64,000 bases of DNA from Owenia fusiformis (lineage: Eukaryota), in the NCBI GenBank assembly GCA_903813345.2, contig CAIIXF020000001.1:41540001-41604000 (forward strand), written 5' to 3'. The position numbers and the translations under genes were made by a program. Below are positions 13,123-27,608 of this stretch, in pieces (position 1 is the first letter of the stretch; each line of letters begins with the position of its first letter). Below the pieces are notes generated by a model, which was not told where the DNA came from, searched no databases, and was given only the letters and a program-made list of their open reading frames with translations.

Positions 13123-14678
13123 AAACAAGGCATTAACATGACAAAATGTCACCACCTAAAACAATTTGGTCAATTTAAAGCAAGTTGGAAAATACCTTTT
13201 GACCTTAAGAAGGTTTGATTTGAACTTCTTAGAACATGTAGATGATTTTGAAAAAAAATTCGTCAATTTGAAGCAAGTTGAAAAAATACCTCTTTGACTT
13301 TTTTTGACATTGAGAAGGTCATTGAAGGTCAAATGTCAAATGTAAAGTCAGATTTGAACTTCTGAGAACATGTAGATGATTTTGAAAAAAAAATTAAGTA
13401 AATTTGAAGCAAGTTGAAAAAAGACCTTTTTGACCTTGAGAAGGTCATTGAAGGTCAAATGTCAAATCTAAAGTCAGATTTGAATTTCTGAGAACATGTA
13501 GATGATTTTGAAAAAAAAAATTAGTCAATTTGAAGCAAGTTGAAAAAAGACCTTTTTGACCTTTTTTGGCCTTGAGAAGGTCATTGAAGTTCCAATGCCA
13601 AATCTATAAGTCATATTTGAATTTCTGAGAACATGTAGATGATTTTGAAAAAAAATTTTAGTCAATTTGAAGCAAGTTGAAAAAAGACCTTTTTGACCTT
13701 TTTTGACTTTGAGAAGGTCATTGAAGGTCAAATGTCAAATCTAAAGTCAGATTTGAATTTCTGAGAACATGTAGATGATTTTGAAAAAAAAATTTAGTCA
13801 ATTTGAAGCAAGTTGAAAAGAGACCTTTTTGACCTTTTTTGACTTTTGAGAAGGTCATTGAAGGTCAAATGTGAAATCTTAAGTCAAATCTAAAGTCAGA
13901 TTTGAATTTCTGAGAACACGTAGATGATTTTTAAAAAATATTTTAGTCAATTTGAAGCAAATTGAAAACAGACCTTTTTGACCTTTTTTGACCTTGACAA
14001 GGTCATTGAAGGTCAAATGTCAAATCTAAAGTCAGATTTGAATTTCTGAGAACATGTAGATGATTTTGAAAAAAAAATTTAGTCAATTTGAAGCAAGTTG
14101 AAAAAAGACCTTTTTGACCTTTTTTGACTTTGAGAAGGTCATTGAAGGTCAAATGTCAAATCTTAAGTCAAATCTAAAGTCAGATTTGAATTTCTGAGAA
14201 CATGTAGATGATTTTGAAAAAAAAATTTAGTCAATTTGAAGCAAGTTGAAAACAGACCTTTTTTTACCTTTTTTGACCTTGAGAAGGTCATTGAAGGTCA
14301 AATGTCAAATCTAAAGTCAGATTTGAAGGTCAAATCTAAAGTCAAATCTAAAGTCAGATTTGAATTTCTGAGAACATGTAGATGATTTTGAAAAAAAATT
14401 TAGTCAATGTGAAGCAAGTTGAAAAAAGACCTTTTTGACCTTGAGAAGGTCATTGAAGGTCAAATGTCAAATCTAAAGTCAGATTTGAACTTCTGAGAAC
14501 ATGTAGATGATTTAGAAAAAAATTGAAGTCAGTCTAAAAAGTATTTGTTAAGTTATAGGAAGTTGTAAGAAATTGTTACAGACGCCGGACGCCAACCTCC
14601 AACCTCCAACCGCCGGACGCCGTCGCAAAAAAACGGAGACCATAACAATATGTCACCACTTTTGGTGGTGACATAATA
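13123..14678 (-). mobile_element. Helentron-like element with ~10 copies of a ~135-bp satellite
   Basis: Terminal hairpin TATGTCACCAC-tttg-GTGGTGACATA, matching ATGTCACCACC at the other end, GACGCC microrepeat; gaacatgtagatgattttgaaaa recurs 10 times between ~13230 and ~14520. Confidence 0.85.
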
Positions 14679-16628
14679 AACCAACTGTCTAATACTGATG
14701 AAAACACTTTTTTTCAAATCTGTGCCCCTCCGTTATGTTTTATTTCAAACAAAAAATTCTTGCTAAGTCCCGGCGCTGATAAGTCCTCAAAAGCAAATAT
14801 TAAATAATAGAAACATTTTGAAATGAGTTATTATTAAAAGCATATGTATCATTTATAAACACACCATTCCATCGAATGGGTATTTCAAGGAAAAATAAAT
14901 CCATTGCGAAAAAATCAGTTTTGTTTTTGCAGATGCACGTTCATCTCCGAGATCATTTTAAGATTAAATTGTTGCTGTTTCAGTGTATTTAGTGTTTACT
15001 CTATTTTCAAGAACATCAAACTTTAGTGAATCGTGTTAATGTCATTAATTATATATGTTTAGCAAATAAATGGATTAAGGGAGGCAATTAGGTATGTCTC
15101 TGGTACTAGATACAAGGGTAAGCTAAAAAGGTACACACATTACTTGCAGTGGAAAGTTCTGTCCAATAAAAATAGCCAGTTGCAGTCATATTTTGCTGAG
15201 AAAAGCAAAGGCATAAGGAGGATTATATCAAATAAGTCTAGATTTATTAAGTATTTCGAATGAGTTTTTTATTTTCGCAGTTAAGGGAAAAAGTTCATCA
15301 TAAAAAATATTAGAAAAATCACGTGATGTACCAATATGCATTGCTTCCTGATAATCACTTTTTATTTTCTAAAAAACTGATCCACTGATAATTGCCATTA
15401 GATTATCGAGATTTTTAAACTTCAAAGACCTAATTACAGATGGCCTGCGGTTGAATCTAATCTACTAATTAAATAAAGAGCCCATTGGTTCCTCTTGGCT
15501 TACATGGGAATGACAATTTTCAAAAATTCATCTTTAGAAGAAGGGAAATTGGGAAAATTTGGAGGCATTGGAAATGAAGTCAAGTTACATTTTCATCAAT
15601 ATTATAAGTATTTTCTAAGGTTATGTAAATAAAAATTCAAAAACAAAGAGGAGGCAGGGAGCTAAGGTTGCCAAACTTTTGGAGGGGAGTGTATTTGCCA
15701 GAAAGACGAGAGGATTAGCCTACCACAAGTTTCAAATCGTGTGTCTTAAAAGGATTTGACAGCATTCTTTAATAAGATAATAAAATGTTCATTTCTCGAA
15801 AACAAATTAACGTTTATACATGTTATAATAATGATTCACAAGTTCATCTAAAATGTTTTCATTTCTCAAAACGTTAATGATTCTCGTCATTAATGATAAA
15901 AACAACGGAACGGTGATAGAAAATGGAATGTTTTCAAAGTTTTTATTTTCAATTCAAAGAAAGCACAACAAATAAGTTTTTCAGCGTTAGTTGTTCTTTA
16001 TTTGTTGCAAGGCATTGAAATTTAAAAGAGATGTTTAATGTTAGAGCCTACAGAGCACAGTGGATATTTTGTTATTTCAATTTGTTGTTTTTTTGAATTT
16101 CAGCCTGCATTCAGCCTGCATTCCATTAATACAATACTATTTGTCATCTGTCACTTCTATCGTCAGTACCAATTGAGAGTATTCATGCAGCCATTACGAC
16201 TTTTATTGTGCGCCATGATTAATTAAGTATTACATTCTTCAAAAATATTTGCTTTTGAATATACTAGTATTCAGAAACTTACTGTAAGTTCATGAGATCA
16301 TATATGAACTCCTCTATTACAAAATGAAATGGCAGATAAAATTCTTTTGGTTTGGATTCTTTTCAAAAATCATCTAAAAGTGTGGGAATAGCATGCCAGA
16401 ATTTGACATATCTTTGAATGATGAATTGGGAATGACGATTTTTCAATGGTAGCTCGTTAAAAATATGTTCCTTAGAGATATGTTGTAATTTGCCCTTAAC
16501 AAAAATTGTCTCAATGTATGCTGACCCTTGATTTGGATTTTATTGAACAATAAAACAATTGTTATATAAAATGTATGATTTTGCTACCAGATTCCAATAT
16601 CTTTCAGTAAAAGATTCACCAAAAACTA

Positions 16629-18420
16629 TTTATCCCAACGAACGAAGTTCGGTAGGGATATAGTGAAGCCCTCCGTCCGTCCGTCAGTCCGTCCGTCCGT
16701 CTGTCCATCCGGAAGATAACTCAAATATTAGTTGACGGATTTTCTTCATATTAGGTGGAAAGATGTATATTGATGAATAGTTTTACGCAAAAAATTGTTT
16801 TTTCAAGATGGCCGCCGCTTTAAAGATGACGGGACTTTTTCGCAAAAATCATAAATTTTTCATTCTAAACCAAAGTAATTAATATTATTGTTTGAAATTT
16901 TGGTAGTATATTCGCAACATCTATCTATTTCACATATATTCTGTGTTTTTCATCCTGACCCCCAGGGGCCGTGTATGGGGGGTCAGGAAAACAGAAATTT
17001 TCGCTAATCTGAAATCTCTTTCAAAATGATGTTTTATAGTTTGTGGAAAAAAAGCTAAATCTATTTAAACTAGCTTTAACTTTTACTGACCATACACTAT
17101 ATCAATAAGGAGTTATCTTTATGTTAGTATAGTCCCTTAAAACACTTATTTTATTTTCTCTTCATCTATGATTTACTTTGAAATTTTCACTGAACATCTG
17201 GGATCTTTTTAGTTATTTACTAGTATGTTTTTCAGATTTGTCCTTTCTTTTGCATTTTTTGGGATCATTGTTTTTAGATCATCTACATTTTATTTTGGAA
17301 AAGTAACAAATTGGTTCAATTTTTTTACAAAGAGCCACTCTTAGTCTCCACTTCTACAATTGCTTCAATTCCCAATTGTACTCCACAGAGTAGCAAACAA
17401 CAGAAAATGAATGGATAATGATAGCTGCATCCCAATGAACAAAATGTGATTACCTAAATCGAGGTTTCATCACTTTCATTAATCTAAAATTAATTAGAAA
17501 TTATTTTTCTATTTTCAAATTTCTTCCATGTGCATGTTATAAAAATTGGTTATGTCTTAGGCCCTAAGGATCTGAAACCTGCTGGTCAAAATGGAATTAC
17601 GGACCAGTTGCAATGTTATTCTCCTATACCAAGTGAAAAAATCAACTTGTCTGTATCAAAAATAACCTGATAATGACCAGCGGACCGGCCCTTAGGGCCT
17701 ACATTGTAATGTGATGGGAGGTTTAGTCTACAGGGTTTATACCGAGGGAAATATGTGGGGAACCGTATTGGCATCATTGGTTTCAAGGCATTGTACTTCT
17801 GCCTTAGTTTCAAAGGTAATAAATTCTTGTTGAAGGGTGTCCTGAGATTCCAAAATTAAGAAATAATTGTACTTATTTGAGAAATTGATTTTAAAGTTTT
17901 TTAAATTGAATTTTCTTTATTTTATTAAATAATATTCTTTGGTTTTTTGAAGATTTTTTTACAAAGCAAAACATTATTTTTCATTCTAGATACAATAACA
18001 TGCATATTGGCATACTTTGTTTATATAAGATTGCTATAACTCCAAGTTTTGCAAGTCACATGACCAATTCTTAGAGAGCTGATTGGTTGAAACAGTTGAT
18101 ATCAGATATGACAATTTGAAATTAGAAATAAGCTGTTATTCCAGTGGGAAATTGTATCAACTCCATTTCCATAGTTTTAAAAAAGGATCTTGTAAATTGT
18201 TTCAAGGTATGATATTTCATATAAGATATCTCTAGGGTGAGACCAGGTGACATACAAAAAATCATGTTTCACATAGCAATACTAAGTAAGATACAGACCT
18301 CTAAACTTTCAAACCTTGATTTCTCAGTTCCGTAAAAATGTGAGATAGTACAAAGTTATTCTCATGCGACGATTTTGTTCGTTGGGATTTGCTACTCCGC
18401 GGAGTTGCCATCATCTAGTT
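16629..18420 (+). mobile_element. Helentron-like (HINE) element, family shared with 39666-40422
   Basis: 5' ATCCCAACGAAC..GGGAT hairpin with (GTCC)n; 3' GTTCGTTGGGAT plus hairpin GCTACTCCGCGGAGTTGC and CTAGTT. Confidence 0.85.
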
Positions 18421-19313
18421 CAATATAGAAAATCAAATTGTTGCCAAACTTTTGGAGGGGTGTAAATTGTATGTATGACAAATACAAAAAATGCTTTTAT
18501 GTGATGTACACCGATGAAGGGGGAGATTTGTGGATACATAAAAAGTCGAACCCCTGGTCACCAATTGCTGGCTACGCCACTGTTATGTCCATACTAATTC
18601 CCTGTACCAACTCCAAAATTAATGGTTCGGTAATCTAAACCTCGTAGAAGCTCCCTATCTTCAAAGATTTTGAGGGGATTGCTACGATTCCTAAACAATC
18701 GCTCTCGTCTAAGAGCCCGTCTTACTGCAAAGATGCGCACATCTACCACAAAAGCCATCTTTGCTTATAGTACATGCGTTTGTTCTTTCTTTCTATTACG
18801 TAATGATGACGCATTGGCATTTGAAAATAATTTACGTTGAACGTATATGAAAGATACGTTGCTGTTTACGCTTGGACACCTAGAAATTGATGACATTTTC
18901 GTACCTGTCTTTGGAACCAGCTAGATACTTAAAGATGTCAAGCAAACGACAAATCATTTTAAAATTATACGTATTATATCTTAAACAAATGTTTCACAAA
19001 ATCTCATGGTAATTGGATACTAAACGTACGAATAAATAGTGTTTTTAAGGATGGACGTAAAGTTACACGGTGAAGATACTTGACGTAAATATTTTGTAAG
19101 ATCCGCAGGACTTTACGTTCATCGTAAAGTTACGTTTGCTTTATGAATACCAAAATAAGTTTCCGTAATACGATACGTTGACGTAAGTCCTACGTTGGCT
19201 TTATGAATAAGGCTTCTGGTGGCTACAGGCATGTGTTAGGGTCAAACTATAATTAACAGTTTCATTTACCTAATAAATGCATTCCTGTCTTCATCAAAAT
19301 GTAATTCCACCAG

Positions 19314-22300
19314 TCAAAAAATCCAAGACGCTTCTTCGACCTCAACTTCAGACATTTTTTCAGCTAAATCTTCCACATCACAAGTATCTGTAAGAATGAA
19401 ATTAAAATATAGTGATTGTAATATATATTTTGCCCATTTTACTTGACTGTTATAGTAATATGTGTGATAGGTGTGATAGGGCTGAAACAAATAACTTGAA
19501 GAATTTTGTACAGTCTGTGTTATGTAAATGACTTTGTTTTTTAATATATTATGAATATTGTATTACAATAAACCAAAAAACGCTACTCTGTTTTTTTATG
19601 GAGGAGTGAAACAAAATGAATTATGTGCAGAGAAGTATTCAATCAAATTAAATCTTGCATAAGGCATAAATAAGCTAGCAAGTACTGTAAAAGCAGTCCA
19701 GCCTGAACGCCACTTGAACCAATCAAAAGCGTTCAGATTAACAGGTATTCACATTTTGACGTTTTGAAACAGGGAAGTCAATAGCAAATTAAAAAGGGGA
19801 CCGAAAAAAATTTCACATCGCAAAGTGTCCACATTCACGTAGGTGAGGTGTAAGAGGTGTTGTTCAGATATTCAGGTTAGTAACAGAATCTTTCGACACA
19901 GTAATCATTAATACTTTAAAAAAATGTTGTAGATACCTCTAGGTAGTATTGCTTCTGGGGAGAGAGGTTTAACAGGTTGTAGTAGAGTAGGGAGATTGTC
20001 AGCAGATGATTTCCTCTTAGCTCTCTTCAAATATGGATGGTTCAGTAGCTGTGCTGCATTTGGTCTGGAACAATGATTATTATGAGATGCACAATGAGTT
20101 TGACATTTTAGCTATTGCAAATCAAAGATAAAATTTTGTTAAAATCAAGATGTACAGGGTGGTCCAGAAAAGTGAACCATTGCAACAGTAAGATTTGAAG
20201 TCCGAGTGACCTGTGAAGAACCCACAAAGACTTTAGACCTTCCTCTTAAATATGTGAGAATATTAGCCCATTAATGAAGGTTATGAAAAGGCCAAAATGC
20301 CCAATTTCTCAAAAATAAGAAATGCAAGCCATTTACAGAGATTTTTGATGTCAATACTGTGATAAACTGCATGAGTAGGTCTGGCACACATTGGAATATA
20401 GAATAGAATGAAACGAAGACAATTTCAAAATTCAGATTCCGATGGTAAGTTCAGGCAATAAATCTGTTCCATGCCACCCAAAATGAAGACACAGATATAC
20501 ACACAACACTGATACACTGACCTACCTTTGAAACGGGTCTGCCTGGAGACACAGATGTACAAAGTTATGAAAGTGTGGAGTGAAAGATCTCTGGAATAAT
20601 GCCGTGTCATTGTGGAGCTCACCTGGAATGGAGATAAATTTGTAAATAATAAGTAAAAACCTCTTCAATCAATACTGACCCAAAGGGAGAACCAACGGAA
20701 CAAAGGTATGTAGATTTAGAATGTTACAGACTTTAGGTAGTGCTCCACTTTTTGGAAAAGTTGTAAAAAGTTACTAATCTAGTACATGTATATGAAATAA
20801 GCCACAAGTTAATCATATCTGACATAATAATATGGAAATATAATGGAGATCTGCATGCTTATATTCTTGAGATCTGGTACATGCTTAGATCAATGAAATT
20901 TGGTGTATTCCTAGATAATGATATCTGGTGTGACCTTAGATTGATTAGATCTGGAGCTTGCTTTAAAACAGGGATAGCCTTGAATATGAAATCATTAGGC
21001 ACTAAATTAAAATAATGTCTATCTGGGGAGTGGAGCGGTTTTTGCGCCCAATTTTTTGCGGGGACCACCTTAGGGTCTTCCACTGTTAAAATGGGTGTCA
21101 CTTTGTCAGCTTAGAATGGCTTTGTTTAAAACTTACCAGTCCAGACAAGTACAAGGGTAAAGTTAATCTGTGCAAACTATCAAGAAATGTGTTCAAGAGG
21201 AATGGATGGAAGTTATGGAGATTTTTGTTTATTAATTGAATTATTATTGGGTCACCCTTTACCTTGTTCCTGCTCCATATCTAGTGTCTCTGGTAATGTA
21301 TTAGCATCTAGTAGTCTGGGAACTGTCCCACTCAACTTCTCTAGCAGCATCTAAATGAAAATCAAAAAAATATCTACTGTACACTTATGTATTCAGGAAA
21401 TTATTTTCGCTCAATTAAATACAAAAAGGTATTTCTTTTTTATGATTTTATAGCATGGACTCTATGGGGAAATAAATCTACTCCAACTTGAAATCACATA
21501 CTTAGTATAATTGTTATGTTGATTTCACATTTGATATGACTTTGACTAAATCTTGAATATCTAACAATCCATATCAAAAATTATTTCTATTCTCCCCTCA
21601 TCTGCTTGTATTTAAGATTCATAAAATATGCTTATACGAGTATAAGTATCACTACCAATTTTTTACTTCCATATCACTTTTAATTCTTTTGCATTGATAT
21701 TTACATGTAGCGACTTCCTATATATATTTTCCAGATAAAAAAGAAAATGGCCATAGTACCTGCATAGGGGGTAGATCTTGGAAGGGAGTAGCACCATTAG
21801 CTAGTTCACAAGCAGTGATTCCAAGACTGTAGATGTCTGACTTTGTGTCATAGCCATTCATATTCTATAAAATACAGCATGAATATTAGACATAAATTTT
21901 ATTCTATTGAGGTGAATACCTGTGCATTTTTTTGATATATCTTATCATAAAAACTGAAGCTCCCGATCTTTCATTACAAGTGACCTAGTTTTGACCAATC
22001 ATACAACTGCAAGCTTGACAGTGGTATAATAATACAAATTATTCAATGATTCCAATAAAACACAGAAAATATAAGAATACAAGAAAGTCTTACATACTGT
22101 ATAAGTGGTTTTGTCTGATCATTTAATTTGCCTATTACCTATGTTCTGCCAGGTACAGAAAATTAAATGTTGGAAAAATTATCTAATGGGAAGTTTGATG
22201 ACCATTTGGCAAATTAACGACTCAGATTATATACTTGTACCATGTATACAGTATTTCACAAAGGGCCAGCCACCAATTTACCTGTTCGAGCAACTCTGGA

Positions 22301-24419
22301 CTATGCCAGTTGAGACTAGCAGCGGCCCTCACAGGAAAATGATGGACCTTCCTAGCACGTTGCCCATTGAACACCATGTCGTGTGAGTAATGTAGACCTC
22401 CTAAATATGCCCTACCATCCTCTGATAGGAGAATGTGACTTGCTTTCACACTCCTACAATAAGAAATACAGTAAAGCCTAAACTGAACACCACGGGGACA
22501 AAGCCTAAACTGAACACCACGGGGACTGACCAAGTGTTCTGATTGGCAGGTGTTCACATTTGAGGATTTTTAATACGGAAGTCTCAAGCAGATTGAACAT
22601 ATGGTATGAAAAAAGATACCCTGCACACAGAGTCTAGTTATAAACTACCCTCTGCCTAGTATAGACTATATTACAGATTAGCAGCCCTGTCCGAAAGATT
22701 GATGCCTGTGACAGCCCAGGTAATAAATCATTTCAAATCTACCACACTGACCCTTTCTAAACCAATCGGCGAAGTGGAAGGAACGCATGATATATACGTA
22801 CTCATTAACTATGCAGTGATGCCATAGGAAATCACCATATAGAAAGTCGTCTGTATTTCGACGACAAATTCAGATTGGCTCGGTGAGATCAGAGATTTAT
22901 TGTAAACTGGAAGAGTGACTTTCTTTTAAGAGGTCGAACGAATGCAAGGGTGGAAAAAAGAGACAGAACTAGTTAAATCTATGTTAAATTATGGGGATGG
23001 ATCCCATTATGTTTTGGAATTTATAACAAGAATGGCTAAAAGAAAGTGTTATCTGGACAGGCCTCCAACTTTCCTGCAAGGGACAGGTCAACCTGTTTAT
23101 AGACATACCTATGAATGATGCCCCTGGTGTGAAGATAGTCTAATGCCATTAGAACATCTCGTAGAATATAAGCGATGGCTAGTTCTGGTAGTCCCTCTGT
23201 GAAGTGAGCATGGATAAGATCCTTACATGAGCCTACAAAAACACTTCCATTTGTAAGAGCATCTTGAAGTTCATTGGGACACTAATACTCATCATAGTTC
23301 AATGTATTTTAACACGACTAATTGAGATACATGTAATAATTGAAAGTGCCATTATCTAATGGACTGAGAAATCACTTTGACCAAACAAGGGTGATAATAC
23401 TATTATACTATATCTGCTCTCAATATCTGGATTTTTACGATTTTAAGGCATTGTCAAAGGACAAAATTAAAATCTGACATAAGAGGCAATGAGCTTAAAA
23501 TTGATTTGCAGCTAGAGGTTAAGAAGTTCTACTCAATTACCAGTATGTCTTGTGTGAAGAACGTTTTTACCAAACTTTACAAGAGACCAATTAGGCCTAT
23601 ACCATTTCCATGTTTAGCATATGAAATAAATATTTCAATAATCAAGTGCATTACATCTACTTATGTTGAATTAAAAGCCCAAAGGAGTAAAAAAGAATTT
23701 CTGTTTTCTTACCATACTCCATGAGAGGCATGACACACCAGATATATCTCCCATGCACAAATGTACAGTAATATGTCAATAGGTTATCCTGTTGTAGCTG
23801 TCTTGTCATCAAGATCTCTGTCTGTAAGCAATGAACTGAATGGTATATCAATGATGAATACGCTCCAATTTTAACAGATATTTTGCATTAGACCTAATAT
23901 AAAAAAAGAGAAACCCTGGTCCCCATGCTTTTTTAGAAAGAAAATCCATCTAAAAGTCTAACTAACCTTGACTATATTAAAGTCATTCTCTATCATCTCC
24001 AGATTGATGCGTTTAATGCTAACCACCGTGCCAGAAGGTAGGTGCTTCGCTAAAGAGATAGATGCTGCTTCTTCACAACCTTTACCTGCAAGAGAGACAG
24101 TAATGTGAATCCCATCAACAAGCTACAATACCATCTGTCTACCACATATTTTAAAGTTTTGATGCTGATGAGTCTTAATGACCTCAAATGTAACTTTTAT
24201 AACCTTCAATGAGAAATATAAAATTGACATCAGCTAAGGCAGAAAGAGAAAGAAATAGTAAAGAGATCATATGTCCTGAAGACATTTTTATCCTCTCCCC
24301 TTCCAGACCAATATCGTTGTTAGAACATTGATTCATCCTTGTTATTTAATATGTTAAAGATCCTTACCTATAACTGTAAGAAGTTGATAGTGTGACGGGA
24401 CAGGCTGATAATCCACCAT
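19314..24419 (-). CDS. STRADA: STE20-related kinase adapter (STRAD) pseudokinase, 355 aa; exons 24419-24368, 24085-23967, 23821-23713, 23232-23109, 22453-22282, 21864-21760, 21350-21263, 20622-20526, 20064-19937, 19387-19314
   Basis: All GT-AG junctions join in frame. Recognisable segments [68 protein letters not shown] and C-terminal WIF (WEF-like MO25 motif); HRS and GLH replace HRD and DFG. Confidence 0.95.
22474..22527. repeat. 27-bp tandem duplication in a STRAD intron near an acceptor
   Basis: aaagcctaaactgaacaccacggggac occurs twice head to tail. Confidence 0.9.
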
Positions 24420-24969
24420 CTTGAATCAACAAACTGTAGTGAAGATTCTGAAAACAGAAAATGCACACATCTACGCTGGAGCAGAAAGCAGAAAATGTAT
24501 GACATTAGCACCAGCTCAACAATCAACAAAAACGAGCTTTCAGGGAGGTCTGGTTCTGGTTCAGGAGGGTGGTTCTCCCCCCGGAAAATTTTGAAATTTG
24601 GTTGTATTTGGAGTGTATTTGTAACCATCTGGCACATCTGTATACCAGGGGCACTGGGCGCTACGCCTACTGTATGCTAATGCATCCCATTTACATTGAT
24701 CTTACATTTGCAGTAATATCCTGCCAGAATAACAAGATAGAGATATGAATTATTTTTTCCAATATCATTTAGAGTGTGATCTTGAGCTTGTATGACTGCA
24801 AAATGTTAATGGGGACAACCTAGTATGTATCCAACAGACTGACTAGAAGTCAGTCTGTTATGATATACTACTTTCCTGTGGAAATTGCAGTGAAATTTTT
24901 TGCAAAAAATTATCAATTAGAGGAACTATTTCTTCAATAAAATAAACATTACAAAATTTCAATTAAATA

Positions 24970-25100
24970 GTAAGGTACAATTAAATGCAATAAAAAGTAA
25001 CACAGCATATTGTCAAGTGGATATAAAGCTAGTTGAAGTAAAAATGTGCAAATTGATTTTACCCAATCGGCCATTTTGAATAGCACTTCCTATGTAAACA
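24970..25100. repeat. Dispersed repeat; inverted copy at ~30533-30661
   Basis: taaggtacaattaaatgc..cacttcctatgtaaaca is the diverged reverse complement of tgtttacataggaagtg..gcatttaattgtacctta. Confidence 0.8.
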
Positions 25101-25872
25101 AATATCTAGAATCACCAAATTTTAACATAGGTGCCTTATAGTCTGAATATAATTCAGACTAAATAGCATATAGTCTAGGGGACAACCAATCAATGGACAG
25201 ACACAGTCAGAATGATGACTGACAGAAAGATCTTTGACAATCAAGGTCTAGATTTACGTGAGATAAATCATCTGGCTTATCATCATAAACAAATGTTAGA
25301 GTTACTGGCAAAGGTAACACATCGCTGCAATAGTATTTGTTGGTCGATACTGAAAGAAAACAATCTGAAATATAAAAGTGGACATTCTTACCGGAAGTTG
25401 ACAAAATCTCGTTCTCATTTCTCCTGACGTCACATCCTCTTGCGGGCTTTTTAAAATGGCAGCGAAATCTGAAAGAAAAATTCTCAAAATTACTGACCTT
25501 TTTAGTCCCTCACAGACGCGAAAAAAGGTATGTTTTTCACTCATTATCTTCATTCTTTCATCAATGATAAGTTAACTCACAAAAATAATCACAGGATCCG
25601 TTACAGTCTTTGCAATTGACAGTTGAACGTGACAATGAAAATTGTAACTGTGTAAGGAGTTTTTCACTTCGGGCTTCCAGTTCCAGCTTCAATGTTAGAC
25701 TATTTGTTTTCGAGAGACTAGGCCTATAAATATAGAATAGATTTACTTTAACAATACTAAGCTGCGCAACAGGTGAAAAATACTCAGTGAGAGTACAAGG
25801 GGAGAAATTCATAGTGAACACCATCCGTGCAAGGATTCTAGAGTCCATTTCACTGCTTCAGTTCGTCCATGG

Positions 25873-27577
25873 AGAAATTGGGAGACCATTGTGCAATAAT
25901 ATTGATACTGTTGATCAAATTTTTAATTTATCTGCTATTGTACAAAAGTATTTATCTAAGAAAGGAGGGCGTTGTTATATTCTGTATGTAGATTTTAGTA
26001 AGGCGTTTGATTCGATTTCACATGATTTATTATGGTATCAATTGATTAAAAACTAATATGCATGGTAATACCATAAAGGTGATTAGATCTATGTATGAAA
26101 AGTTAAGGTCATGTGTAAGAGTTCCAAAATCTTCTGAGACATTTTCTAACACATTAACAGAGTATTTTGCATGTTCTGTTGGCACACGACAGGGCTGTAT
26201 GCTCAGCCCACAGCTATTCATTTTGTATTTAAATCAGTTAATATCAATGATGAAAGCAAATTGTAATGGAATATATGTAAATGAAAATCATAATAATGTT
26301 GTTATGCTGCTATATGCTGATGATATAGCCAATGTCTCTGATACTGTTGGTAGATTGCAAGGTCAAATCAGAATTCTTGAGCAGTTTTGTCAAAACTGGG
26401 GTATGAAAGTTAATTTAGGCAAAACAAAAATAATGGTATGTCGAAATGGGGGTGTTCTTAGAAAAAATGAGATGTGGCACCTTGGAAATACTAAAGTAGA
26501 AACTACACCATACTATAAATATCTGGGCTTATTATTTTCTTCAAGGTTAAGTTGGTCACCAGCTAAAAGAAATTTAGCATCGCAAGCTAGAAAGGCAATT
26601 TTCAACATTAAAAAAATCAGAGTGAGATGTGGTGATTTACCAATACAACTAGCCTTTGAAATATTTGACAAAACTATTGTACCTATTTTATGTTACGGCA
26701 GTGGAGTTTGGGGGTATGAATATTCTGATATTATTGAAAGAGAGCATGTTCGGTTCTGTAAATATGTTTTATGTTTAGGTGAAAAGGCAAATGATGTATG
26801 TGCACTTGGTGAATGTGGTAGGCATCCTTTAAACATTGTATATATGAAACATTGTATAAAATATTGGTTAAACCTTCTTAAAATGCCAGATGAAAGATTA
26901 CCGAAAGCTTCCTATAAAATGTTATATCAATTAGACCAAAGTGGTAGGATAACTTGGGCAACACATGTTAAAACCTTATTGAGTTCTATGGGCTTTGGAA
27001 TTGTTTATACCAACCAAAGTGTTGGAGATGAAAACTTATTTCTTAAAATTTTTGTGCAAAGAATAAAAGATGTCAATTTACAAGCATGGTCAGGATCATT
27101 ATTAGCTTCAAATAGATTGGAATCATACAGTGATTTTAAAAGTATATTAGAAGTCGAAACATATTTATCAGTTGTAAATATTGTAAAATATAGAAGAGCT
27201 TTAACAAGGCTGAGATGTTCCAATCATAAACTGAAAATTGAAATTGGTAGGCATCAAAATATGCCAAAAGAGGATCGCATATGCCCTCTTTGTGAATTAT
27301 ACCAAGGTATACATATTCTGGAGGATGAATTTCATTTTATTTTAATCTGCCCGTCATTTATTGATCTAAGGGAAGAGTACATCAAAAGGTATTATTATAT
27401 TTTACCATCACATCAAAAGTTTATCAATTTAATGTCTACAAAAGGTGTAAATGATTTATGTAACTTAGCTACTTTCTGCTATAAAGCATTTAATTTAAGG
27501 CAGGAGCTACTAAATTGATGTAAACATGTATTGTTATATTTGTAAAACTATGGGCCTGAGGCCTTTTATTTGTTTGA

Positions 27578-27608
<31 letters not shown>

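Larger units (their letters stand above)
7934..19215. mobile_element. PIF/Harbinger-like non-autonomous element expanded to 11.3 kb by nested insertions
   Basis: Perfect 25-bp TIRs AAGCCTTATTCATAAAGCCAACGTA (7934-7958, 19191-19215), CTG on both sides (7931-7933, 19216-19218), extra subterminal GTATTCATAA inverted motifs; no transposase ORF. Confidence 0.7.

Noticed and set aside
9823..13731. ORFs within satellite arrays (9823-10086, 13525-13731)
   Set aside because: Chance open frames in tandem repeats.
1031..15693. One giant Tc1 element capturing the EF-hand gene
   Set aside because: The ends would cross the boundary of the 7934-19215 element and a third end exists at ~18460; independent relics are more likely.
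25787..25902. N-terminal part of ORF 25787-26056 as LINE protein
   Set aside because: Lies upstream of the LINE truncation point, in MITE and intron sequence.
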